Shown here: piece after piece, positions 41,751 to 55,248 of the stretch
How the letters are laid out: every line of letters begins with the position of its first letter
Position numbering within the stretch: the stretch's first letter is position 1
Assembly (NCBI GenBank): GCA_964016885.1
Contig: OZ024745.1
Coordinates: 17,608,001 to 17,672,000 of the forward strand
Reading direction: 5' to 3'
Length of the DNA stretch: 64,000 nucleotides
From: Eledone cirrhosa
Taxonomy: Eukaryota
Made by a program: the position numbers and the translations under genes
The notes under the pieces: model-generated
Told to the model about the DNA's origin: nothing
Databases searched by the model: none
What the model saw: only the letters and a program-made list of their open reading frames with translations

Positions 41751-42712
41751 TTGGAGGATGCCCATATAATCAAGTGTTTAAATTATCACAATTATATTTC
41801 TTTCATCAGATCACAATCAGTCGTAAGAGATTAATCTCAAGTATTTCTCTTTACAATTAAACGACGATTCGATAATGATATAAAGATGCAAGTAATTATT
41901 ATTGTAGATTTAAAGATAGTGTAATTAACATAATAGATCCCGGTAATACGTTATATTATTTTTCGGGAGATATTTTCAGGGTAATCACAGCTGCAACTGA
42001 TATCAGTTTAGCAAATTTTATTCTTTATTCATAGCACCACAACATGCCATTGGGACAGATTATCGTCAATTATAAGACAGAATACATCCTGAAGGTATAA
42101 TCTATAAGCATCAGATGTACAAATAGAATGCAGCATATATAGGTCTCTAAAGAAACTTGCTTGTCTATTTGAAATGCTTGTAAAATATGGTGTGAAATAT
42201 ATAATCGAGTTACAATATAGCAGTATCTTTCTACGTGCTATTGTTCTTGTTCATATTTCTATTAGCACCTGGTTAGCCTATATACAGTATTGCAAGATGT
42301 ATATTAGGTATTGGCGGTGTTGTGAATTAAGACAAAGCTGATTGGTAGAGTGGTTTCATTTAAACTGAAATCCCATATAGTGATTAATAGCCAAGTTAGT
42401 CAGGAAGCTACATGTTAGTTGTACAGTTTGAAACGAAGCCACTACGTACCTTCCTCACGTATACCCAGAAAATATGCTAATTGTGTTCAAATAATTGGAT
42501 TAAACAGAATTTATTGCCAAATAACCTGAGAAAACCAAGCCCTTATTTCTACATAAAAATGTTTAATTTTAATAGGTAAACGTAATGATATTTCTCCATA
42601 TTCTCTTTCTGGTTTGTTTCAATGTCAAAAACAACAAAGTGAATTAAGTCCAATGTTATGCATTATCACATCAAATTTTATCCTGATAAATTGTCAAAAA
42701 AAACTGGTTGAA

Positions 42713-42895
42713 AATTGTTTCTACTTTTGGAACAGAGCCAGCGAATACCCAGTGCATTACTGGTACTTTATTTTATCGACCCCGTAAGGATGAAAGGCAA
42801 AGTTAACCTCGGCGGGATTTGAACTCAGACCATAAAGGGACGTAACTATGCTGGAAAGCATGGCACCCGACGCTCTACCAATACTGGCAATCCAC
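42713..42895 (-). mobile_element. tRNA-derived SINE
   Basis: Full-length match to the family. Confidence 0.9.
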
Positions 42896-42901
42896 GATAA
42901 A

Positions 42902-42944
<43 letters not shown>

Positions 42945-42952
42945 TTTACGCT

Positions 42953-43002
<50 letters not shown>

Positions 43003-43488
43003 TATATATACTATAGAGTAAAGCATGTCCAGAGGATTATTTGATAATATATATACATCATCTCTACTCCCAATCAGCATAATTAACCACACAAAAAATC
43101 AATTAGACCAGGCTATAAGAATAAAAGACACCTATGAAGAACCAGTAAATAAATACGCCACAGCAGCGTCTTCGCGTCCGACCGCTATAGAATATTTACC
43201 CAACATTTCAACAGAAAGTCGAAATGAATTAAATATACGGTCAACCATACATAATTAGGTAAATATATATATATATATATATATATTAAGGATACTATTT
43301 ATGGTTATGTATATAATAAAACCTTTTATGGTTATATATTTTTTATACAAACCCCAAATAGTGAAAGATAGTCATTTATTACTATCTTATTACCAGTAAG
43401 ATAAATAGCTCAATGTAATAACATCAGTTGTTTTACAGAGCAGTTATATCTAGATTACAATAATCAAAGTTCAGTTTAAATCATTTAT

Positions 43489-43537
43489 TTGCTTCCAATT
43501 GTTTCCTCCAAACCGAGGTTTGGGTTCTTCGGAGAAA
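43489..43537 (-). ncRNA. Hammerhead variant, left arm, degenerate (U16.1 to G)
   Basis: TTTCT-CCGAAGA-A-CCCAAAC..GTTTGGA-G-GAAA-CAATTG-GA-AGCAA. Confidence 0.5.
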
Positions 43538-46500
43538 CTATTTAGTGATCTATAACATATTTGACCTCCTTTTCAACACAAGAGACATATAAAAACATAT
43601 GCATATATTGACCCACAGTGGGATGACATCCATCAAAAGGATATAGCATGGCAATTTACATATAAAAGTTAAAGGATAAAAATAAAAATAAAAATAAAAA
43701 TAAAAATAAAAATAAAAATAAAAATAAAAATAAAAATAAAAATAAAAATAAAAATAAAAATAAAAATAAAAATAAAAATAAAAGTAAAAATAAAAATAAA
43801 AATAAAAATAAAAATAAAAATAAAAATAAAAATGAAACATTGACAGTTTATGAAGATAAAGCTAGAGGAAAGTTTAGAGTAGTCAGTGTATGAAACAATC
43901 TCACGTGTAGCATGCACGCGTGTCTTATTTATACAGGATTAGAGTGCGGCAGATTGTTAGTTGCAGGATCAGGCAGTTGAAGCAGGCAATCGATATTATT
44001 ATGTGGGCTGAATTGTTAAATCATTTTTTCGCATACACCTGTATGATATACAGTCCCGAATGTGGAGAAACACCACAATATCAAAAATATCAAACATATT
44101 ATAAAACATATTATAGCGTAGGCAAAACAGTACCACTGTCTTCGCGCACACCACCACTCACATAATCCATGAGACGCAATATATAGACCACGGGTCTATC
44201 ATATAATCCACGATGGTTTAGCATATAACCAAGTTATAAACCATATCTTGTCGATTCTTAATTAATAGATCATGTTGTTTAGTTTTGTGTGATGATATTA
44301 TATTCCGGAAGTGTGTGTGTGACCAAGGGGAGTTAATGCGTAAGGGGAGGTAACTAGCTGGTTTACTTAGTTAAATTTATTATCCTAAATTACATTAATG
44401 GTATTTCAAATAAGTGCCTATCATATGCTGTTATAACTAATTTCTAGATTATGTTACTTATCTATAGGTTACAGTGTTGTCTATTAAGAAGTACTAAAGG
44501 TGTATATACCAGGATGATTACCTTCTATTAAGGGGTGTCATATCTGAACATTCTATAAGAAGAGTCAGACCTCCAAATCAATGTTCTTTGTAAGTGTATA
44601 CCACCCGCAGAACCTGGCAGGGTCCTATTATTATATATGACTCCCGGTCAGCTCTGGGTCATTATATGTCTGAATCCTTGGCCAATATGAATATCTCCTT
44701 GGTGATCCGGAGATCAATTCTCTCATATAAAGACACCAGTCTGGCCATCAAGCAATACATAAACTCCCATCTCATATATAAATTAAATTAGGTTTCTTAT
44801 CTACAAATTAGAGTGGAGTCTATTAATAAGTACTAGAGGAGTTCATATCATGATGATTACAATCTAATATGGAGTGCCACACCTGGACAATCTATAAGAA
44901 GAGCCAGACTTCATAATTAATTATATGTATATGGGTCTCACTACTAATAATGGTCTTATTACTATTATGGGTCCTATTACCATACAAGACTCCCGGCAAG
45001 TTTCGGGTCATTGTATGACTGAAACCCGGGTAAATTCAAATATCACCAGGGTGGTCCGGGGACCAGTTCTCCCATCAAAAGGCACTAATTTGGTCATCAA
45101 GCAACACATAAACTCCCAACTCATGTATCACCTGTGCATAATTCATTGTATTCATCGTATAGAATATATACTCACTTAATAATAAATTAATTACTTAATC
45201 ATCAATCTATCTCATGGTGGCATTCCATGCACAGGATTATGTTTGCACAACCAATACCGTGTCCACAGTTTATATTAATCATATATTTGTGCAATGCAGT
45301 TTAAGTAATCTGCGGCTAAGATATCAGAATTAGAAGTACATGGGGGTATCTCCGGGGTAGATGGTACTATAAGGTTGCCACTATTAGCTTTAGAGTATAT
45401 AAATGGGTGTGGAGGTGAGGTGTAAGGTGTGCCACTGATGCTAATTGCTAGGGGTGGTGACGGTTCCAGTCTGACATTGTTATATATAGGGTTTAAAGTT
45501 TTGGAAAGAGTGTCGAAAGCGGTGTTGCCAAGGATTCAGACATATAATGACCCAGAGCTGACCGGGAGTCATATATAATAATAGGACCCTGCCAGGTTCT
45601 GCGGGTGGTATACACTTACAAAGAACATTGATTTGGAGGTCTGACTATTCTTATAGAATGTTCAGATATGACACCCTTTAATAGAAGGTAATCATCCTGG
45701 TATATACACCTTTAGTACTTCTTAACAGACTACACAGTAACCTATAGATAAGTAACATAATCTAGAAATTAGTTATAACATCATATGATAGGCACTTATT
45801 TGAAACACCATTAGTGTAATTTAGGATAATAAATTTAACTAAGAAAACCAGATAGTTACCTCCCCTTACGCATTAACTCCCCTTGGTCACACACACACTT
45901 CCGGAATATAATATCATCACACAAAACTAAACAACATAATCTATTGATTAAGAATCGACAAGATATGGTTTATAACTTGGTTATATGCTAAACCATCGTG
46001 GATTATATGATAGACCCGTGGTCTATATATTGCGTCTCATGGATTATGTGAGTGGTGGTGTGCGCGAAGACAGTGGTACTGTTTTGCCTACGCTATAATA
46101 TGTTTTATAATATGTTTGATATTTTTGATATTGTGGTATTTCTCTACATTCGGGATTGTATACCATACAGGTGTATGCGAAAAAATGATTTAACAATTCA
46201 GCCCACATAATACTATCGATTGCCTGCTTCAACTGCCTGATCCTGCAACTAACAATCTGCCGCACTCTAATCCTGTATAAATAAGACACGCGTGCATGCT
46301 ACACGTGAGATTGTTAGCATATAACTGACTACACTGACTACTCTAAACTTTCATACACTGACTACTCTATACTTTCCTCTCGCTTTATCTTCATTTTTAT
46401 TTTTATTTTTATTTTTATTTTTATTTTTATTTTTATTTTTATTTTTATTTTTATTTTTATTTTTATTTTTATTTTTATTTTTATTTTTATTTTTATTTTT

Positions 46501-46640
46501 ATCCTTTAACCTTTATATGTAAATTGCCATGCTATATCATTTTGATGGATGTCATCCCACTGTGGGTCAATATATGCATATGTTTTTATATGTCTCTTGT
46601 GTTGAAAAGGAGGTCAAGTATGTTATAGATCACTAAATAG

Positions 46641-46689
46641 TTGCTCCGAAGAATCCAAAGCTCGGTTTGGAGGAAACAATTGTAAGCAA
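46641..46689 (+). ncRNA. Type I hammerhead variant with CCGAAGA core
   Basis: TTGCT-CCGAAGA-A-TCCAAA(gctcgg)TTTGGA-G-GAAA-CAATTG-TA-AGCAA; perfect helices I and II, palindromic ACAATTGT, GUA triplet. Confidence 0.75.
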
Positions 46690-46771
46690 ATAAATGATTT
46701 AAACTGAACTTTGATTGTAATCTCTCTATATATATACATATATATATATATATGTAATATATGTATATGTA

Positions 46772-47141
46772 CAGGGGATAATCTGTAAAAGTGTGGAAGC
46801 ACACACATCTATGTGGGTAACTATTTAAAGTTTAACTAGAACTTCAAAAATAGATAAATTATGAATTGATTAATCTTCCTTGTATATATTTCATTAAAGA
46901 AATATATTTCACCAATTAATCGATTGGCAAACGACAGTAGCCAAATCCTGGATTTCCAACAAGGAAGAAGACCTAACTATCTGTGTTTACACATCAAGTT
47001 CAAATCTGTGACAAACTATTAGCACATTTAATACAAATAGAAGTACACACATCGCGCCAGCTTCGTCCCAGTGGCGTGAATAGGGTTATCGACAACTAGA
47101 AATAGGTGTGTGTGCTATACACCTTTACAGATTATCCCCTG
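46772..47141. mobile_element. 370-bp MITE-like element with ~40-bp inverted ends
   Basis: ta|caggggataatctgtaaaagtgtggaagcacacacatctat and ataggtgtgtgtgctatacacctttacagattatcccctg|tg. Confidence 0.7.
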
Positions 47142-47321
47142 TGATTATTTCATATGTTCATTTTAGATATATACATATATATATGTCAATCAGTTTCTAG
47201 TTGATATATAATGGTCTGATCTATTCATTGGATTCTTGGAGCATATTTTACAGTGGATATGGCGCATGTCTCACTGACATGACACCTTTAATTTAATTTA
47301 AATTTTGGATATATATATATT

Positions 47322-47442
<121 letters not shown>

Positions 47443-48251
47443 AAGTGAAAAATATATGAAGAAAACGGGAGAGTGAGACATATACTTGTGTCTGAGGAGA
47501 TATGTAATTAATAACGTCGTGGGTTGGGGAATTATGGCAAGAATCTGTTAATGATGTGTTCTATATAAACGAATATTTAATATATATTCCCCTAATACCA
47601 TTTTTATTTCCGTCAATATTTGACAGTTTCCAATATTTTACATAATCCTATACACAAAACTTCTTACTGCTGAACTAATGAGATTTCTGCTATAGAGATT
47701 CGCAATATATTAAAATATATTCAGACTTTTCTTTAGTTGTTATTATAATCACAAACGCTTCAAGATTTGGAATAATAATGATGCAAAATGATGATGAATG
47801 TTATGAAATCTAATGCAGCTATGTATTGACTTAGTGTTCTCTGCCTATTAAATCTCGTGAAATTGCTCATCCTGATTATTATGGATAGTTATGCTAGTAG
47901 CGTATAATAATAATATTATTTATGAAATAAAGGAACGCTGAGTCAATAACGTGGAAATTATAATATTGAAAATAAAGGCAAATATCTTGATTCCTGCACG
48001 ATGTGATAGCTTCGTAATAGGTCTATAATGAAATTATTAATAAGCTCCCGTAATATGAAAACATTCGTAGAACGAATCATATAATGGATTCTAGGAATTT
48101 ATCACAAATGTAATAAAACATAAAGCAAACACATTGTAACAAAAGCGCCAAACCTTATGTACAATAAACGTAATCTAAAAGTGTCTCCTAGCAGATAAGT
48201 AAATGTTTCTCGGACAAGCTTAAGAGAGTAATCAACATTATATATATATGG

Positions 48252-48549
48252 CTGTTAACTTTGCCTTTCATCCTTACGGGGTCGATAAAATAAAGTACCA
48301 GTAATACACTGGGTAATTGCTGGCCTTGTGCCTAATGTAGAAACAATTATATATATATGGCTGTGGATTGGCAGTATCGGTAGAAGGTGGGACGCCATGC
48401 TTTACAGCATAGAGTTACGGCTCTTTACAGTCTGAGTTCAATTCCTGCCGAAGTCAACTTTGCCTTTCATCCTTACGAGGTCGATAAAATAAAGTACCAG
48501 TAATGTACTGGGTAATTCCTGGCCCTGTGCCAAATTTAGAAACAATTAT
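48252..48549 (+). mobile_element. Two tandem SINE copies (truncated 48252-48348, full 48360-48549)
   Basis: A box TGGCAGTATCGG, B box GAGTTCAATTCC, core gcctttcatccttacg(g/a)ggtcgataaa; copies separated by repeats of tatatatat(g)gctgt. Confidence 0.9.
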
Positions 48550-48901
48550 ATATATATAGCTGTTCGTGATTTGAAAATATTTGTTTATCTATTGGTCGTA
48601 ATGATATCTAATTTATATCAGGTCAATGAACATTTCAACATATACATGTTAATATGGACATTTACGGGGATGGGCCTGTGTGTGTGTGTGTGTGTGTGTA
48701 GGCGTGCGAAAACAGACACAACGTGTATTAATATTCGTTCCTGTCATTTATAATTTCCTCATAGTTTAATTACACTACTATGACTATATCGCGAAATCTT
48801 AATAGCCGGTTATACAACTCACCTCTCTCACTCTCTCTCACTCTCTCTCTCTCTCGCACTCGCTCTCTCTATCTATCTCTCTCTCTCGCTCACACACACA
48901 T

Positions 48902-48957
<56 letters not shown>

Positions 48958-50066
48958 AGGGTTATCCAGGGTTGTATATTGACGCATATACGAAATGCCC
49001 ATGTATGATATATTTGCTATTCCTCATCAGGAATAAGCTTCCCTGATGACTGACAGAAGTCCAAATGTCAGAGAGGTCTGCTCCTTTGCTGCTACGACAG
49101 AATATACTATATTATGAAGTTAAGATATCCATTGCAGATATATTTGTTTGAATATGAGGCTGCAAATTCTACCAATAAAAACAGCACCCCAATGCACACA
49201 TTTCTCTTTTATTTCGATCACGTTATCCCACTAAACACTACAAGATTAATAGAAATATGTGTACTCTAAATAATCTCTCTTCCAAAACCACAAACGTACA
49301 TTTACAATACTTAGAATCAAGTTCATTTGATGCAACCACCAACATATTCTCAGAATTTAATGATTTAAGAGAATGAATCGACTTCTAATATCCAAGAAAC
49401 AATAATATTTAATGGTATCACTCATAATACCCGTCCTTCTATTCACGTCATGAAATGTGTTAGGAAATATATTTCAAGATATAAGTTGCGTATTCCATTT
49501 CTCTATTCATCAAACAGATTTACTCTAGATCTCTTCACAATCAGTCTACTCATAAAACTTACACCGAACTTATATGATGGCTTTAACAATAATAAATTAT
49601 GCATGTGATTTCTTACCCCGCCCCTCACCCTTATGTAATATATCGAAAATATCCTGAATAATTTAGAAAATATCTTAGTATCAAACTAACAGGTGTATAT
49701 GGACAATACGGGATTAATTGGAAATATTCTGAATTAATTTGTGGTAAGATATTTCCGTCCATATCTACATGACCGCCCACTTCTTCACCCGCCATACATT
49801 CAAAATTACAGACATACCCTTCAAACATCCATCAAGTACATGTGGAACAAATAACACACCAGTACATAAGAGACTGAACAATCTGGAGAGGCATAATATT
49901 ATGCATCATATTTAAATCTCATTTGTTGAGGGTCACTCCCTAAAATATCATATACATCCAGCTGTAAACGCTGAAAATCATAAATATTCCACCCACAGAT
50001 AAAAGTAAATGTTGACCCCATAGACGTATCAGTATATATTTAGAGAAATACTAGCAGATACCTGAA

Positions 50067-50208
50067 ATAATTGTTTCTACTTTAGGCACAAGGCCAGAAA
50101 TTACCCAGTGCATTACTGGTACTTTATTTTATCTACCAAGTAAGGATGAAAGGCAAAGTCAACTTCTGCGGGATTTGAACTCAGATCGTAAAGGGACGTA
50201 ACTATGCT
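50067..50208 (-). mobile_element. SINE, 5'-truncated
   Basis: Match to the family. Confidence 0.85.
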
Positions 50209-50559
50209 CCGAAATAATGATATCTGAATAGATAAAAAATCAAATTTGCAGAATCAATAAATTGGATCATTCATGGGTTATGCTTATCATGCCTTAAAGC
50301 GTAATTTCAAAAATTATAGCAAAACCCAAAGAACTCAAAATACCCGATTTACAGAATTCCTTCACGTTTATTAATTTCCTTTTGCCTTTTGCAGCAGGAA
50401 ATAGAAATGCAATACTATGAACGGCCACCGGCATATGCGAATGGATCAGCTTATATCCAAACAAATGAACAAACTTGAGCCGCTCCACAAACAATACGAT
50501 ATAATTTGGACGCACCTGACCACTGCTAACGAGTTCCTTTACATGAGCAGAACAATCAA

Positions 50560-50965
50560 TATGTGACCAGTTGAATGTTAAACGCAAGGATCTACTATTA
50601 GCGCCCTGCACCTGATAATCGTAGATATATTGTTTTTCATCATGACAATGCCAGGGTACACAATTGTTGCAGAGGTGCCATATGGAACTGGTATGGCCTG
50701 GGAGGTGTTTCTGCAACTTTTATATTCATCCGAAATTTTTCCTTCAGATTTTTATTTATTTCGGTCTAAACGGGATGTAAGCATTCATCTGGAAGAGTTT
50801 TGGATAGTAAAAGCGGGGAATCCTTAGGGCATGGAATAATGGATCTTAGTAAATGATGATATGATGGCAGATGATATTGGTAATTGAATCGTTCGCTTTG
50901 TGTTTTAAACTTGTATCTTACCTTCGTTTAAAAAAAAAAACCGGAGGTTTTGGCAAATCCAATAA
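50560..50965 (+). pseudogene. Mariner transposase C-terminal relic
   Basis: IVFHHDNARVH and GMAWEVFLQLLYSSEIFPSDFYLFRS, against the consensus HDNARPH and LGWEVLPHPPYSPDLAPSDYHLFRS. Confidence 0.8.
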
Positions 50966-51187
50966 ATACACTCGATTGATCAAAGCCTAGTTTACTACAA
51001 TATACTTAAACAATGACGACTGGGTTGAGAACGACGGTTGCCATTCAGATAAATAAATAGCGTATTTAGAAGTGTATGAATATGAATGACATACAGGAGA
51101 CAAATGTCTACCTATATGGCACGAAATATTTTCAATATGTGACGTGGGGCTAAAAACAACGATACAAATTTTACAAAACCAATTCTT

Positions 51188-51502
51188 ATGTCTATGTGCG
51201 TGCGTGTGTGTCTATGTGTGTGGGTGTGTCTATTTGCGTGTGTCTGTGTTTATGTGCGTGTGTATGTGTGTGTATATGTGTGTGTGTTTTATGTGTGTGT
51301 GTGTCTATGTGCGTGTTTGTGTGTCTATGTGCGTGTGTGTGTTTTTATGTGCGTGTGTGTGTGTCTATCTGCGTGTTTGTGTGTCTATGTGCGTGTGTGT
51401 GTGTCTATGTGCGTGTGTGTGTGTGTTTATGTGCGCGTGTGTGTGTCTATGTGCGCGTTTGTGTGTCTATGTGCGTGTGTGTGTATATGTGCGTGTGTGT
51501 GT
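51188..51502. repeat. GT-rich minisatellite (tctatgtgcgtgtgtgtg-like units)
   Basis: Seen directly; explains the Cys/Val ORFs. Confidence 0.9.
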
Positions 51503-53851
51503 ACGGGTTCGCTGGTGTGCCTGAGTTTGTGAGTGGGTGATTGTGGCTATATATACACACATGATGAATATTCATATATATTTCACCAAATTTATATTGA
51601 TCTCAAATTAAATTAGTAGTATATTATGTCTTGGAAGTAGTTCCCACCTCGGTTATAGAGTTCAGTAATATATGTTATGTTTTCGTCATTGCTTATCTGG
51701 TATATAATTCCTCAGCTTTAAACATATTTACGAATTTAATAAGAAGTAAATATGGCTTTTGCAGAGAGGTTGTTGAAAACACTCAAATACTTCAAAGACA
51801 CCGTATGTAGGGCAACTTGATATCAGATTAATAGAAGGAAAAGAGCGAATAACTATAAAACAGTGTTTATTTCTACATATAGCCAATGGAGCGATTTATG
51901 ATAGTTTTCTTTTTACAAATACATTGCAGATGAAACTATTTTCTTTGATTATGAACTAAACTCGTACGTGCGTTCGTTGTATACTTTTTACTATTGTGTT
52001 TATATTTATTCAAAGCGAAACGTAATGGACATTTTAGTAGGGACTGCAACATCTGGTCTCTTTGATCGTTAGCAGGAACAGAGTATATAACAAGTTAATC
52101 ACTATTCTAGAAAATCACAAAAAACTGTTTATTTTCCTTAAACCTTGCTGCAATCGATTTAATGCTGCGAAATATTTGAACTTTTAGAGTCCACCAGTGT
52201 TTGGTTCAGTTCTTGAATTTCAGAGCTCAAATCCCGCTGTGTTTAACTTTGCATTAAATGGTTTTGGGTAGATAAAATAAACTGTATGTACAGATAGGTG
52301 AATTAAGAGCATTATTAACGCGTTGGAAGCGAGCACTATATTTAAACCAGATCGTTTCCTTCTTAATATACTAGCCATTGTGACGGAAGTGTATGCCTCA
52401 AGTTGAGATGATGTAGTTTTATATAAATGACCAGTATATAGGCAATTGAAGACGATCCGTGACAAGCATTTTGAATTTGTCAAAAAGTGGCTGAACATTT
52501 TAGTAGTCGAACATTGTTCAACTACTACAATGTGCATGATAAACAGAAATCTCGTTGTAAAAAAACATCAGATAAGCTCTTGTTTTTATTTCTATGAGTG
52601 GAATTGATCTCGTGGATAATTTTATTTTCGAATATGTATTATATCCACGCTGATATATTCATACAGTTTATAGCCTTGCAAGTGATTTATCTTATTAATT
52701 GAGAGATAAATATACCCTCGATAATTCCAGTTAAATATTCAGGTTAGAATGTTAAGGGTCACGTCATGTATCTATTAAATACAACAATAATAATAATATT
52801 CGTTAATTTAATCATAAATTAGGTTTATTGTCCTATCATCTCACTGGATGAATTTCAATCTTTCCCCGTTCAGGGGGCTTTTATGTGCTACTTGCTAGAC
52901 CATGTTTCACAATCAAAATAGTACGTTGAATCTAAGTTTTAATAAATACATATCCTATCATCGTTTGTAAAAATAGATCATGTTACACGTCGAGATTGAA
53001 CAAGGCCAAATATCAAGAACAAAGAAATATGTTGCTACATTAATCCGTTAATACTTTAAATAATATTACCGATTGATGCTATGTCAGTTATTTGCTGATC
53101 ATGTTTATCACTGAATTTGTAGGAAGTCTCACCCATGATATTTTCAGGACGTTTAAAGATGGTGCAAGAGAGAAAAGACGGTATCCTTATAAAGCAAACT
53201 GGACCTGTATGTGTGCAAAAAATTATTCCCTACACCAGTTGCCCAAAGTCCAGGTATGGGTTGAATGGATGATAAGTTGGGTCTAAAACACAGGTCTTTC
53301 CTTTTCAAAACATGCGCTTCATATCTAACACGTTCACGACACTTAAAAAGTTTAAATGCATTTATGCTGATTTGTATTCAAATATATTCGGCCATCAACA
53401 TTTATTTGCAAACAACATAGAAATAGGTAATTCATACATTAATAAGTTTTATCAAGATTGATGGATTTGGGTTGGTGAAGATTTCGTTTGAAAAGGTTTT
53501 TCATGTTCCATACATATCTACTGATAGGAATTAAATACAACATACTCATATTTCCTAATTAGTCACATATTGATGTCGAAATATAATTAATGTTATATTG
53601 CATCTATATGAAGAAATGTCATTTGCACTATGAAAGCTAATGCAAGGTAACAGTTGACCAGATAGATATTACTCTTACCTTTGAAATGCAAATATAACTG
53701 GAGATGTTTAAGAAATTCCTAGTGTAATAATGTCAAATTATTGAAATGTGTAATGTTCTGAACGTAAAGTTTCAACGAATATGTGAAGGAATAATGTTTG
53801 CTGAGCATACATGAGATATATTTGTGCTGTTCAAACTCAACTTAATACCAG

Positions 53852-53910
<59 letters not shown>

Positions 53911-55084
53911 CTCTTTTTTTAGTATATGTTGGTTATTTACCGACACGTCAGTATGCAGATTGGAGCACTCGACGTGTAGGCAGATTGGTTTGTTTAATGT
54001 AAAATAATTAAGTCAAATATGTAAAATTTGGCTTCGGTTATAATAAATTATAGATATACTGCTATATATATTTCGGTGACAGCCATCATTGGCTGTCACC
54101 TATTCAGGCAGTCCGAATTGGTGTGGAAAAGACTAGTACACATGTTGTTGAAGTGTGTTTTACTCCATCAATACATCGATATGTCCAGCTCCAGGGTGTG
54201 TTGTTATTTCTCTGAGGAACTGGAATCATACCTTGTTTGTGTGTGTATTTGGTTCTCTGTGGCAGACTGATGCAGAATTATATTTAAGTATTAAACATAC
54301 CATATCACTGTGTACTTGCTACTCTTCAGTTTAATATTTCTATTTTACAACATTAACTCTCTTTATTTTGGATTTTCTTTTCTACATCGTCCAAACTTTA
54401 AACACACCGATATAGATGTCTCTCTTCGCAGAACATATTGAAACAGACACATACATTTCTATATGTAAATATTGTTTACCGTGATATTTGGCGGCAATGC
54501 CGGATCCCAATCGAATATTTTCGCTCTTCATATATTGATATTCTACTCTTGAAAAATATTTTACCTGGCAAATACGGAAAATAAAGCACGAAATATATTT
54601 ATAAAAATGTGTAAAATGGCATAAAAATCTATATCGAAGATACGGAATATATTGAAAATATCAAAACAATATGTGTAGAATGTACCGTGTGGAATTTATT
54701 TGCATTTTGCAAAGCCTCCGCTCTTTTCACTATAGTTTATTTCATAAAATATCACTGTATTGAGTTTTCTAATCCCTTGATGCTGATCAAATACATCACA
54801 ACTGCATAGTATATTTTTTACGTGACGGGTGAATGGCAGTTTAGATCGTGCGTGATCAGAACAGCCTTTACCGATAAAAGAAGAACACATAGAAGACGAA
54901 AAACATAGTATTATTGGGGAAAGAAGATTTGGATCTTTATTTAGAGAGAATCATTAAGTTCTGAAGAATATAATATTATATAACTGTATTGAAATAGAAC
55001 ATACAGTGCTAAACAAATATCTCCCTCTGATCATGCCATAATCTTTCAATAAAATAAATAGAAATCTATTTGCAGCTTAGAATT

Positions 55085-55248
55085 ACGACCCTTTAAATTC
55101 TGAGTTCAAATCCCGCTGAGGTTATATTTGCTTTTCATCGTTACGTGGTCGATAAAATAAAGCTGCATTAATGCACTGGGGTCGATTTAATCGACTTTCT
55201 CCTACCCACAAAATGCTTTACTTTGTGCCTAAAGTAGAAACAATTATT
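55085..55248 (+). mobile_element. SINE, variant 3' body
   Basis: gagttcaaatcccgctgaggtt…gtcgataaaataaag…gtagaaacaattat; a more decayed copy lies at about 52220-52290. Confidence 0.8.

Larger units (their letters stand above)
43452..46723. mobile_element. Non-coding fold-back element: ~1.2-kb inverted arms (43452-44682 and 45527-46723) with (AAAAAT)n and a terminal HHR motif in each arm
   Basis: Arms are reverse complements (mirror ORFs 43920+ and 46044-); diverged ~340-bp tandem duplication at 44452-45130. Confidence 0.9.

Noticed and set aside
48360-48450. tRNA gene
   Set aside because: A and B boxes belong to the SINE head; no cloverleaf.
49020-49095. Inverted pair tcatcagg/cctgatga and a CTGATGA-stem-GAGA motif
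   Set aside because: Helix I cannot form and the core is altered; at most a relic.
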